A stretch of DNA of 64,000 nt. It comes from an uncultured Chloroflexia bacterium. Lineage in GTDB: Bacteria > Chloroflexota > Anaerolineae > CG2-30-64-16. The number at the start of each line of letters is the position of its first letter. Position 1 is the first letter of the stretch. The notes beneath the pieces are model-generated. The model made no database searches. It was given only the letters and a program-made list of their open reading frames with translations, and was not told where the DNA came from. Made by a program: the position numbers and the translations under genes. Below, in pieces: positions 53,429-64,000 of the stretch. Location of the stretch: positions 608,001 to 672,000 of the forward strand of contig CAWEMM010000012.1 of the NCBI GenBank assembly GCA_963810095.1. The letters are read 5' to 3'.

Positions 53429-54313
53429 ATGGGAGTACGAGCGGAGACACGAGGGACGCCGCAGGACGTAGCGCAGGATGTTAAGGACGCGGCCGGCCAA
53501 GTCACGGCCAGCCCCGCCGTCGAGGCGCTGCTGCGGCTGGGTTATGTGGTGCGCGGCCTGTTGTACGGGGTCATCGGCCTGCTGGCGCTCAAGGTGGCCA
53601 CCGGCGGACGGGGCCAGTTTACCGACACGCAGGGGGCCATCGCGACGGTGTCTCGGACGCCGTGGGGCGACATCCTGCTCTGGGTGATCCTGGCCGGATT
53701 GATCGGCTACGGGCTGCTGGGCTTGATCCGTGCGATCTTCGATCCGCTTCGGAAGGGCACAGACGCGAAGGGGATCGTCGAACGGCTGGGTTACGCCGTC
53801 AGCGGCATTTCGTATCTGCTGCTCGGTTATGCGACCTGGAACCTGATGCGGGGCGCCGCGGCCGCCGTCAAGAACGGCGCGCAGGGCCAGCAGATTCAGC
53901 ACACTGCCGGGACCGTGCTGTCGAAGCCGTGGGGGCCGTGGGCCGTCGGACTGGCGGGTGTGGTAGTGGTGGGCATCGGCATCGCCCAGATTGCGAAGGC
54001 CGCGGGCCGCAACTTCGATCAGCAGTTCCAAGCCTTTCAGTTGAGCCCGGAACATCGCAAGTGGATCGACCGGCTTGGCCGCTTCGGCACGGCCGCACGC
54101 GGGGTCGTCTTTGCGCTGATCGGCGTGTTCTTGTTCCAGGCGGCCTACTTCCACGACCCGAAGCGGGCCCAGGGGATGGACGGCGTGCTCGCATCGCTGC
54201 TGCACCAACCCTACGGCCCTTATCTGTTGGCCGTCGTCGCACTGGGGCTGATCGCGTTCGCGATCTATTCGATCCTCAGTGCGGTGTGGCTGCGGCTCCC
54301 GCGGCCGGCCTAA
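53429..54313 (+). CDS. DUF1206 membrane protein
   Basis: Three repeated RLGY/RFG..ARG units; GMDGVL..L..QPYG. Confidence 0.88.
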   Translation: MGVRAETRGTPQDVAQDVKDAAGQVTASPAVEALLRLGYVVRGLLYGVIGLLALKVATGGRGQFTDTQGAIATVSRTPWGDILLWVILAGLIGYGLLGLIRAIFDPLRKGTDAKGIVERLGYAVSGISYLLLGYATWNLMRGAAAAVKNGAQGQQIQHTAGTVLSKPWGPWAVGLAGVVVVGIGIAQIAKAAGRNFDQQFQAFQLSPEHRKWIDRLGRFGTAARGVVFALIGVFLFQAAYFHDPKRAQGMDGVLASLLHQPYGPYLLAVVALGLIAFAIYSILSAVWLRLPRPA

Positions 54314-54314
54314 A

Positions 54315-55095
54315 ATGTTGAACGAAGCGAAAGAAGAACCTGGCGGCCTTGTCCCCGCCCGGACAGGTGCGCTCGAGGGCCGGGTGGACGGGGGTCTCCG
54401 CTCGCCCGGTCTCTTGGGACAATGGCCGCTGCTGGGGTTGATGCTGGTTCTGCTGGGGCTTGGCGGGTTCGCGTTCTTCGCCTACAACGTGCAGACGAAG
54501 GGTCCCGCTGGTTCCGAACGACCTTATCGTTGCGAACACCCTCCATCGTGCCGCGCTGGCAAGCCCGGGCTGGCTGCGCGAACTGATGGTATCGGGGTAT
54601 TACCTGGGGCAGCACGTGATCGTGGCCATCGGGATCGTGCTGGCAGCCTACTTCGTCTACCGGCGCTTCTGGCCCGAGCTGGCCATGGTATTGATCGCGT
54701 GGGCGGGCGAGGGCTCGCTGTGGCTGCTGCTGTCGAGCCACTTCAACCGGGCGCGGCCCGTCTTTCCCGAGGCCGTCTACCACACCATGACGGCCCCCAG
54801 CTTCCCCAGCGGGCATACACTGAGCGCAGTCATGTGCTACGGCCTGCTGGCCTACTTGATCGTCCCAAGGGTCCGACCGTTGTGGGGGAAGGTGGCCGTC
54901 GTCGCGCTGGCCGCCCTGATCGTGCTGTTCATCGGCTTCAGCCGCATCTTCATCGGCGACCACTGGCTGACCGACGTCCTGGCCGGGCTCGCGCTCGGCA
55001 TTGCCTGGGCGAGCCTGGTCTACACGGCCGTGGAGTTGGTGGCTAGGACGAGGGCGAATAAGCGCCAGCGGGGCGCGCTGCCGGATAATGCGTGA
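54315..55095 (+). CDS. PAP2-family phosphatase (frameshift near 54505)
   Basis: RARP, SFPSGH, SRIFIGDHWLTDVLAG. Confidence 0.88.
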
Positions 55096-55096
55096 T

Positions 55097-55195
55097 GAAA
55101 TAGGACACTGATTGAACGGATCGGACTGATGATCACGATCTTTACCCAAAAGACAGTGCAAATCAGTTCAATCAGTTCAATCTGCGTCCCATTTC
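55097..55195. repeat. Palindromic repeat, family B
   Basis: gaaataggacactgattgaac...aatcagttcaatcagttcaatctgcgtcccatttc. Confidence 0.75.
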
Positions 55196-55209
55196 AGATT
55201 CACTGTGCT

Positions 55210-56061
55210 TCAGCTTTTTAGCACTTTGTACACAGCCGACACTTCTTCCCTGCCGTACCCCGCCGCCATCGCTTTTTGAAACAGCGCCGAAGTGAACGCC
55301 GGGAACTCGGCATTAACGCCACAGTCCCGCGCGTGCTCGGCGATCAGCCGGATGCCTCCCGCCCAAAGCTCCAGCGGCGCCGAGGTCTCCTGATAATTGC
55401 CGGTGCGGATGCTCTCACACAACCACTGTTCGTATCCCTTGCCCTGCGCGCCCAGAAGTGCGCTGAACTGCTCCAGCGGGATCCCTTCGGCCTGGCAAAT
55501 CTGAATGCTGTGAAACAGGCTCAGAAACCGGCCGTAGTAGTGCATGATCATCGCCAGGTCCCACGCCGCAGCCAGCCCGATGCCCTCGCCTTTGAAGTCG
55601 AGCTTGTCGGCCAAGGCCCGCAAGGCCGGCTCGGCCTTGTGAAACACAGCCTCTTTGCCCGAGAGCAAAATGTGGGCGTCGGGTGTCCCAATCGAATCGG
55701 GCCCGCCCGTGATGGCCGCCTCGAGGTACTCTGCCCCCTGCTGCTCGGCCCACGCCTCGCCCACACGGGCCTGCTGGGGCGTGCCCGTGCTCAGTTGCAC
55801 CAGCACTTTCCCCGCGAGGCTCGCTGCTGCGTCGCTCAGGATGCGGTCTGACACGGCATAGTTGGTGACGCAAATCAGGGTGACCGGGCTGGCCGCAATC
55901 GCCGCGGAGGCATCCGGCGCAAGCTGGGCGCCCTTTGCGGCCAGCGGCCCGGCTTTCTCGGGGCTGCGGTTCCAAACGGTGAGCCCGAACCCGCGCTCCA
56001 CCAGCGCCCGGGCCAGCGCAGCGCCCATGTTTCCCAGTCCAATCATCGAGACGTCGGACAT
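55210..56061 (-). CDS. NAD(P)-dependent oxidoreductase, imine reductase-like
   Basis: GLGNMG, VWNRSPEKA, VQLSTG, AAAWDLAM. Confidence 0.75.
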   Translation of the reverse strand: MSDVSMIGLGNMGAALARALVERGFGLTVWNRSPEKAGPLAAKGAQLAPDASAAIAASPVTLICVTNYAVSDRILSDAAASLAGKVLVQLSTGTPQQARVGEAWAEQQGAEYLEAAITGGPDSIGTPDAHILLSGKEAVFHKAEPALRALADKLDFKGEGIGLAAAWDLAMIMHYYGRFLSLFHSIQICQAEGIPLEQFSALLGAQGKGYEQWLCESIRTGNYQETSAPLELWAGGIRLIAEHARDCGVNAEFPAFTSALFQKAMAAGYGREEVSAVYKVLKS

Positions 56062-56125
56062 GATTTCACCTCCAGGAAGTCGTCTGTTGGTTGCTTTGCG
56101 GCCAGAGCCGCCCGGGGAGTCCGGT

Positions 56126-57123
56126 CTACGGCAGTGGATGCCATAGCTGGGCGAGCAGCACCGCGGCGGCGACCAGCAGCGCGGCCAGTGCGGCGAACGC
56201 GACGCTGATCTCGATCGTCTCCTCCCGGCTGATCAAGGCGGTGGGCAAGCCGGCAAAGACCTTCTGGAGCTCGTCCGCACTGCTGGCGGTGTAGTACTGG
56301 CCGCCGGTCAGCGAGGCGATCGCCTTCAGCGACGCTTCGTCGATGCCCCAGCCGCGCCCCCCGGGCCCCGACCGCCAGGCCCCCGCCCCAACCCGCCGCG
56401 GCCGAACGAGCCGCCCGGGGTGCCGAAGCCGATAGTATAAACGCGCACTTTCTTGTCGAGGGCCAGCTGCGCCGCCTTCAGCGGGTTCATTCCCGTCGTC
56501 GCCACGCCGTCGGTCAGCAAAACGATGATGTCCGGCTGGTATTCCTCGCCCGAGACGGCGCCGGTTTGCAGCCCGGTGCTCTGGCTGAAGTCGTCGATGG
56601 CGTTCAGCGCGGAAACGATGCCGTCGCCGATCGCCGTCCCCCGACCGGTCGTTAGGCTGCGGATCGCGTTCTTGAGCGCGGCCGGATCCGTGCTGGGCGC
56701 CTGCACGAGCTGAGCGAAGCTGGCGAAGGCCACGATGCCGACCTGGTTCGTGCTCTTTTGCTTCTGGATGAAGCCCAGCGCGGCTTGCTGCGCTGCGGCC
56801 AGCCTGGAGGGTGCGATGTCGGTTTGCCGCATGCTGCCCGAAACGTCGAGGGTCAGCATGATCGTCGCCCGGCCCGCCGGCACACGCGTCACCGTGACAG
56901 GGCGCGCCAAGGCGAGGGTCAGGCTGGCGATTGCCAGGAACAGCAGCGCCACGGGTGCGTAGCGCCGGAGCCGCGACTGTGCGGGCAGGGCCGCGCGGAC
57001 GAGAGACAGGCTCGAATAGCGCACGGCAAAACGCCTGCGCCGCCGCTGGCGAAGCGCAAACGCCAGGATCAGCAGCGGGATCAAGGCCAGTGCGGCAAAG
57101 GCCCACGGCCACAGGAACTTCAT
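56126..57123 (-). CDS. VWA domain protein, BatA-like (frameshift near 56355)
   Basis: ALARP, DVSGSM MIDAS motif, LLTDG, C-terminal transmembrane helix. Confidence 0.88.
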
Positions 57124-57157
57124 GCGAGACCTCCATCGTCACCCGTACGCATGCGCA

Positions 57158-58237
57158 TCACACCAACCGGTTGAGCCAGAGCACGGAGAGCAAGCTGCCG
57201 GCGAGCAACATCACGATGCCCGCACCGGCAAGAATCGACGTGATCTCCATCGCCTGGGGCTTGATGACGAGCGCCGGCGTCAGGTTGGCGTAGATCTCCT
57301 TCGGGTCCTGCTCGCCCTGGGCCGCGTAATAGACGCCGCCGGTTTCGGCCGCGATTTGCGTCAACTGGGCCTCGTCCAGCGCCGTGTGCACGCTGTAGCC
57401 GTCGAGTTGGAGCGTGATCCCGGCCGTGGTGCCGAAGCCCAGGGCATCGACGCGCACGTTGTGCGCCAACGCCGCCTGGGTCGCCTCCAGCGGGTCGATG
57501 GACTGGTTGTTCTCGCCGTCCGACAGGAGCACGATGACGGACGGGGGATAGGGGCCCTCGGGCAGGGAGGCCAACAACTCCTGCTGACCGAAGCCGGGTC
57601 CGCCCTGCTGCTCGGTCGGCGGAGTCGCGCCGCCCTGGGGCGCGGGCGGGGCTTCGGTGGCCGAACCCGGTGCCGGCGTCGGATCGGCGGCCAGCCCGGC
57701 GTCGACGGCGATCGCCTTGAGCGCGGTCAGGATGCCGTCGCCCACGGCGGTGCCGCTTGCGGGCTTGAGACGGGCGATCGTCGCGAGCAGTGCGGTGCTG
57801 TCATTCGTGGGCGTCTGCACCGTGAAGCCGCTGCCGCTGAACGACACAATTCCAATCCGGACGGTGGACGGCTGGGTGAGCACGAATTCACGCGCGGCCT
57901 TCTTGGCGGCTTCCAGCCGGGACGGCTCAACGTCCGCGGCGCCCATGCTGGCCGACACGTCGAACACCAGCATGACCGTGCCTTCCACCCGTGGCAGCCG
58001 CACGGTCGCTTGCGGCCGCGCCAGGGCAAACAGGAGAATCGCCAGGCCCACCAGAAAGAACAAGGGCGGCAGGTGCCGGCGGAAGCCCGGTGCGCGCTTG
58101 GCGCCCGCCGGGCCAGCCAGGCCGTAAAATGCGCTCGCCACCCGCATGCGCCGCTTTCGCTGCACCGACAGGTAAAGTGCCACCACCGCGGGGATGAGCA
58201 GCAGGGCGAAGAGCATCGACGGCCAGATAAAAGTCAT
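57158..58237 (-). CDS. VWA domain protein, BatA-like
   Basis: ALARP, DVSASM, LLSDGE. Confidence 0.9.
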   Translation of the reverse strand: MTFIWPSMLFALLLIPAVVALYLSVQRKRRMRVASAFYGLAGPAGAKRAPGFRRHLPPLFFLVGLAILLFALARPQATVRLPRVEGTVMLVFDVSASMGAADVEPSRLEAAKKAAREFVLTQPSTVRIGIVSFSGSGFTVQTPTNDSTALLATIARLKPASGTAVGDGILTALKAIAVDAGLAADPTPAPGSATEAPPAPQGGATPPTEQQGGPGFGQQELLASLPEGPYPPSVIVLLSDGENNQSIDPLEATQAALAHNVRVDALGFGTTAGITLQLDGYSVHTALDEAQLTQIAAETGGVYYAAQGEQDPKEIYANLTPALVIKPQAMEITSILAGAGIVMLLAGSLLSVLWLNRLV

Positions 58238-59245
58238 TGCGTCGCCGCCATTATCTCGCCGCCAGGGCAGGGTTAGCCGCCCTCGGGGGCCGGCCGGCTG
58301 CACCCCGGCGGATTTGCTTGCGCGCCGCCGCGTAGCGCATGATGGCCCGCACCAGGTCTTCCTGCGTCGACACCGCCCACGGCTCCACACCGGCGCGGCG
58401 GAAAGCGTCGCTCAGCGCCGCCTCGCGCTCGCGCGGCAAGCTCGGCGAACCGGGCGCGGAAGCGCGGGTCGTGCGTGTCCACGTAGAGCTGTTCGCCGGT
58501 TTCGGCGTCTTCCAGCCACACCGGACCGACGTCGGGCAGCTCCGCCTCGCTGGGGTCCCACAGCCGCACCACCAGCACCTCGTGGTGCTGATTGAGCAGG
58601 CTGAGCGTTCGTTCCCAGCCGGGCGCGCTGATAAAATCAGAGATGACAAAGATGAGCGAGCGCCGCTTGATCGAATACAGGCCGCCTTCGAGCATACACT
58701 TCAGGTCGCTCGGCCCGCTTTTGGGCAGCCGGGGCTGGCCGAGCAGGTCGTTGATGAGCCACAAGACGTGGTTCCGCCCCCCTTTCGCCGGGATGACATG
58801 CTCGGCGCAGTGGGGGTCGCGGCCGCCCCGGTCGCCGCCCCGCCCGCTGTACATGATGGCGCCGACCCTGTTGCCGTGCCGGGTTAGCAGGCGCGCCAAC
58901 GTGCCGACCAGGTCGATCAACACCGCCCGCTTCTCGGCCCCCACGGTTCCGAAATCCATCGAAGGGCTGACATCGAGCAAGAACCAGGCCGTCACCTCCC
59001 GATCCTCCATGTACTGGCGAACGTAGGGCGAGTCCATGCGGGCGGTCACGTTCCAGTCGATGTACCGCACGTCGTCTTCCGGCTGGTACTCGCGCAGGTC
59101 CGCAAAGTCGACCCCGTAGCCGTAGAAGAGGCTGCGGTAGTCGCCCTGCAGCTGCCCATCCAGCCGGCGGATCACCTGCCATTCCAGCCGCCGCAGGATG
59201 CGCTCGGGCGTGCGTGCCTCAGGCGCCGGCCGCGGCGCCTGGGCC

Positions 59246-60259
<1,014 letters not shown>

Positions 60260-60293
60260 GACGATCTCCTTAATCCCTGCTCTGAACTGATTT

Positions 60294-60391
60294 GAAATGG
60301 GACGCTGATGCAACTGATCGAACTGATCCGCACTGTCCTTCGCCTAAAGATCATGGTAATCGGTCGCATCCGTTCAATCAGTGTTCCATTT
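60294..60391. repeat. Palindromic repeat, family B
   Basis: gaaatgggacgctgatgcaactgat...atccgttcaatcagtgttccattt. Confidence 0.75.
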
Positions 60392-60401
60392 GAGATCGGT
60401 T

Positions 60402-61268
60402 CTAATATGCCGGCGCACCTGCGCCACCCGCGGCGGTGGTGATGGGCACCGCAAAGCCGATGCCCACGAAAACGTCCTCGTCGGTCGGGTTCAGCAGGGC
60501 CACGACAATCCCGATCACCTGGCCGTAACGGTTGAGCAGCGGCCCGCCCGAGTTGCCCGGGTTAACCGCCGAATCGATCTGAATCAGGTCTTCGATCGGG
60601 CGGACCGCGCCCTTGCCCTGAAAGCTGCGGTGCAGCCCCGAGACCACGCCGGTGGTGAGCGACCCGTACAGGCCGAAGGGATTGCCGAAGGCGAATGCTT
60701 CGTCGCCCACCCGCACGGCGTTCGGGTTACCCATCACGGCAGGAATCACGGTCTCGGGCACCTCGGCAGGCTGGAGGACGGCGATGTCGTTCTCCGGCTG
60801 GGTCAGCACGACCTCCGCTTTCGTCTCGGTCCCGTCCGCAAAGGTAACGCTGATCTCGGTCGCGCCCTCTACCACGTGCAGTGCGGTCAGGATCTGCCCT
60901 TGATCGGAGATCACCACGCCGCTGCCCAGACCGTGCGAATCTGCAGCGCCCCCACCCTTGCCCTTGTCGACCTTGCCGCCGGTTTGGATCAGCACGAGCG
61001 AAGGCTGGATGACGCGATAGACCTGGGCGGAGTAGGCGGGCGGCGGCGTGGCCGAAGCCATTGCCTGCGCGACGACCGTACTCACCTGTTTTGGCGTCAG
61101 GGGCTCGGCCGGCGGGTTGATCGCATTGTAGAGGAGCAGGCCGAGGAGCGCGGCCACCACGCCCAGGGCAAAGGGAAGCAGGGGCTTTGCGCGGCCGCGC
61201 CAACGCCGCCACATCTCCCGCTGCCTCGTGAATCGTGGACTGGTTCCGGTTTCGGCCGGTTGGGTCAT
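60402..61268 (-). CDS. Membrane-anchored trypsin-like serine protease (S1C/HtrA-like, no PDZ domain)
   Basis: GSGVV, TALHVV, DIAVL, VNPGNSGGPL. Confidence 0.9.
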   Translation of the reverse strand: MTQPAETGTSPRFTRQREMWRRWRGRAKPLLPFALGVVAALLGLLLYNAINPPAEPLTPKQVSTVVAQAMASATPPPAYSAQVYRVIQPSLVLIQTGGKVDKGKGGGAADSHGLGSGVVISDQGQILTALHVVEGATEISVTFADGTETKAEVVLTQPENDIAVLQPAEVPETVIPAVMGNPNAVRVGDEAFAFGNPFGLYGSLTTGVVSGLHRSFQGKGAVRPIEDLIQIDSAVNPGNSGGPLLNRYGQVIGIVVALLNPTDEDVFVGIGFAVPITTAAGGAGAPAY

Positions 61269-61482
61269 CCGCTACTGTCCCTCCGAGAATATAAGCATTG
61301 TGATTATATAAGTAGCATATATAGATGTTATGAAGATTCCGTTTGGCTGTGCGTGAACGTTTGCATTAGAAAGGGAGCTAGGCGGCGAGCGGAAACGAGC
61401 GCTGTCTCTAAAAGTGGAGCGCATTTTTCGCACTTACAGCCTTTTGTATTATGATATTCATATAAATCCGCGGAGTAATCAC

Positions 61483-62757
61483 TTGGGTAAAAGCAAAGTC
61501 GCAATTCTGCGCACGACCCCGCGCACGGTCTTCTCCGACTATCACCGCCTGTTGAACCTGGCCGGGTATCAGGATGTGGTCGCGAAGGACGCCGACACGG
61601 CGCTCAAAGTCAACATCTCGTGGCACTTCTTCTTCCCGGGCAGCTCGACCACGCCCTGGCAACTGGAGGGCGTGATCCGGGCCATGGAGGCCGACGGCTA
61701 TAGCCCCGACCTGATCCATGCGTGTCACAATCGCACGGTCGTGATCGACGCGCACCTGGGCGAGCGCGAGAACAAGCAGCTCGGCCCGGTCGAGGCACAC
61801 GGGCTGCGTAACGTCCACCTGTACGAGGGCGAGGAGTGGATCCCCATCCGGGAGGCGGTGGGCGACCTGGCAGACAAGTTCCTCGTGCTGAACCAGGTCT
61901 ATCCGGACGGGTTCATGATCCCCAAGCGCTTCATCGGGGAGAACATCATCCACCTGCCCACCGTCAAGACGCACATCTTCACCACCACGACCGGCGCGAT
62001 GAAGAATGCGTTCGGCGGGCTGCTCAACGAGCGCCGGCACTGGACCCACCCGGTGATCCACGAAACGCTGGTCGACCTGCTCATGATCCAGAAGCGCATC
62101 CATCGGGGCGTCTTTGCGGTCATGGATGGCACGTTTGCCGGCGACGGCCCGGGGCCTCGCTGCATGGTGCCGTACACAAAAAACGTGATCCTCGCGTCGT
62201 CCGACCAGGTGGCAATCGACGCAATGGCCGCCAAGCTGATGGGCTTCGATCCGATGAAGATCAAGTACATCCGGCTGGCACACGAACAGGGCCTGGGCTG
62301 TGGCGACCCGCGCCAGATCGAGGTGGTGGGTGATCTCGACGCAGCAAGCCAAAACTGGCGCTTCCGCGGCCCGTTCGAGAAGATGACCTTTGCCTCGCGC
62401 ATGCAGCACAAGATCTACTGGGGCCCGCTGAAAAAGCCGGTCGAGTGGTCGCTCAAGACCATCCTGGCGCCCTGGAGCTACCTGGCCTCCGTCTTCTACC
62501 ATGACACGATCTGGTATCCCTTCATCGGCGAGAAGCGCGTCAAGGCTGCGCTCGCCAGCGATTGGGGCCGCCTCTTCCGGAACTGGGAAACGCTGACCCC
62601 CGACGCGCAAGGTTTCCCGTCGGTCGGCCAGGAGACGCTAGAGCTGCAGCGCACGGGGGCGTCCGCATTTCTCCGGTCGTTCGGCGTCCTGGGTCATGCC
62701 GTGAAGGAAGCGCCCGAGTTCGCCGCCAGCCGGCGCAGGGCGGCTGCAGGCAAGTGA
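61483..62757 (+). CDS. DUF362 domain protein
   Basis: LKVN, LPTVKTH, TGAMKN, DGPGP, DQVAID. Confidence 0.85.
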   Translation: MGKSKVAILRTTPRTVFSDYHRLLNLAGYQDVVAKDADTALKVNISWHFFFPGSSTTPWQLEGVIRAMEADGYSPDLIHACHNRTVVIDAHLGERENKQLGPVEAHGLRNVHLYEGEEWIPIREAVGDLADKFLVLNQVYPDGFMIPKRFIGENIIHLPTVKTHIFTTTTGAMKNAFGGLLNERRHWTHPVIHETLVDLLMIQKRIHRGVFAVMDGTFAGDGPGPRCMVPYTKNVILASSDQVAIDAMAAKLMGFDPMKIKYIRLAHEQGLGCGDPRQIEVVGDLDAASQNWRFRGPFEKMTFASRMQHKIYWGPLKKPVEWSLKTILAPWSYLASVFYHDTIWYPFIGEKRVKAALASDWGRLFRNWETLTPDAQGFPSVGQETLELQRTGASAFLRSFGVLGHAVKEAPEFAASRRRAAAGK

Positions 62758-62760
62758 AGC

Positions 62761-62833
62761 AATAGGACGCAGGTTGGATCGATTTAGCCCATCGCCCTGA
62801 TGCGGGGCGGTCAACTCAATCTGCGTCCCAATT
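62761..62833. repeat. Palindromic repeat, family B (shorter, degenerate)
   Basis: aataggacgcaggttg...caatctgcgtcccaatt. Confidence 0.6.
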
Positions 62834-62943
62834 CCTCTCGAACCTCTCTCCTTATTTTCTGGTACTTCAATAATATAAAAAGCTGTATTGACATTATTGA
62901 AGTGGGGTGCTATCTTCGTGTCATCACGGCCAAGGAGACCACG

Positions 62944-64000
62944 ATGACGGCTGAGAACGTGCAACAGGGCCCGCAGTGGGCCCGACGCTTCTTCACTATC
63001 TGGGCAGGGCAGGCATTTTCGCTGTTGGGCAGCCAGCTCGTCCAATTCGCCCTGGTCTGGTGGCTGACCAGCACCACTAAGTCTGCCACGGTCCTGGCGA
63101 CCGCGACGTTGTTCGCCATTCTGCCGCAGGTGTTCATCAGCCCGTTTGCCGGCGCGCTGGTCGACCGCTGGAACCGGCGCCTGGTCATGATCGCAGCCGA
63201 CGGCTTGGTCGCACTCACCACCGTCGGGCTGATCGTCCTCTACGCGACGGGCAACATGCAGGTTTGGCACGTCTACGCCGCCATGCTGCTCCGCGCGACG
63301 TTTGGCGCGTTCCATTTCCCCGCCATGCAGGCTTCCACTTCGCTGCTCGTTCCCAGCGAACAGTTGTCGCGCATCGCCGGGCTCAATCAGGGCCTGCAGG
63401 GCCTTATCAACATCGTCGCGCCGCCGCTTGGCGCCCTCATGTTGAGCTTTGTGCCGCTGCACAACGTGCTGATGGTCGACATCGTCACGGCCGCGCTGGC
63501 AATCCTGCCCTTGCTCTTCATCGCCATCCCGCAGCCCGAAAACCGCACGGTTTCGGAGCATACGAACCTGGTCAAGGCCGTCCTCGTGGACATTCGCGAA
63601 GGCGCACGATACGTGCGGGCGTGGCCGGGCCTGCTCGTGATCATCTTCGTCGCGATGGCGCTGAACTTCATCATGGTGCCGTCCAGCTCGCTCATGCCCC
63701 TGCTGGTCACCCAGCACTTCGGCGGGGGTGCGCTCCAACTCGGCTGGCTGGAAGCCGTGATGGGCGTCGGCGTCGTGGTCGGGGGCATCACCCTGGCAGT
63801 GTGGGGCGGCTTCAAGCGCAAGGTGATCACGTCGATGGTCGGGCTGATCGGGATGGGCTTGGGCAGCGTTCTGATTGGCCTCGCACCGGTCAGCCTCTTT
63901 GTCCTGGCGCTGGGGGGCATGTTCATCATGGGCTTGACCAATCCGCTGGTGAACGGCCCGCTGTTCGCCATCCTGCAGGCGACGGTGGAGCCGGACATGC
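62944..64000 (+). CDS. MFS transporter, MefA/DHA3-like (truncated by window end)
   Basis: Manual translation FFTIWAGQAFSLLGSQLVQFALVWWLT...AGALVDRWNRR. Confidence 0.9.
   Translation, partial: MTAENVQQGPQWARRFFTIWAGQAFSLLGSQLVQFALVWWLTSTTKSATVLATATLFAILPQVFISPFAGALVDRWNRRLVMIAADGLVALTTVGLIVLYATGNMQVWHVYAAMLLRATFGAFHFPAMQASTSLLVPSEQLSRIAGLNQGLQGLINIVAPPLGALMLSFVPLHNVLMVDIVTAALAILPLLFIAIPQPENRTVSEHTNLVKAVLVDIREGARYVRAWPGLLVIIFVAMALNFIMVPSSSLMPLLVTQHFGGGALQLGWLEAVMGVGVVVGGITLAVWGGFKRKVITSMVGLIGMGLGSVLIGLAPVSLFVLALGGMFIMGLTNPLVNGPLFAILQATVEPDM

Overview
High-GC bacterial chromosomal window. Gene style suggests Chloroflexota/Anaerolineae (inference from the PyrF-PyrE fusion, CAD-like dihydroorotase, Pro/Thr-rich lipoproteins and tyrosine phenol-lyase). 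About 16 genes are split by single-base frameshifts, most likely uncorrected long-read errors. Content in order: glcD-like oxidase; a LacI-regulated sugar ABC and catabolic operon with two fucose-isomerase-like genes, a class II aldolase and an FGGY kinase; a PLP decarboxylase; the hisZGDCBHAFI operon; DUF4395 plus thioredoxin; pyrC-pyrF/E-pyrD; tyrosine phenol-lyase; a complete ISAs1-family element; an M6 metalloprotease; a tRNA-Ile2(CAT); a LuxR/NB-ARC islet; a MoxR-DUF58-VWA cluster; DUF362; an MFS transporter. The most notable non-obvious signals are: (1) a 300-nt group I intron in the tRNA(CAT) anticodon loop; (2) three short, apparently leaderless uORFs 7-9 nt after -10 boxes (His-rich, Cys-containing, Arg-rich), each followed by attenuator-like structures; (3) a degenerate tRNA 3' duplication bounding a 3.3-kb islet; (4) several families of palindromic repeats, one of which lies inside the hisA and hisD reading frames. 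No CRISPR array or rRNA was seen.
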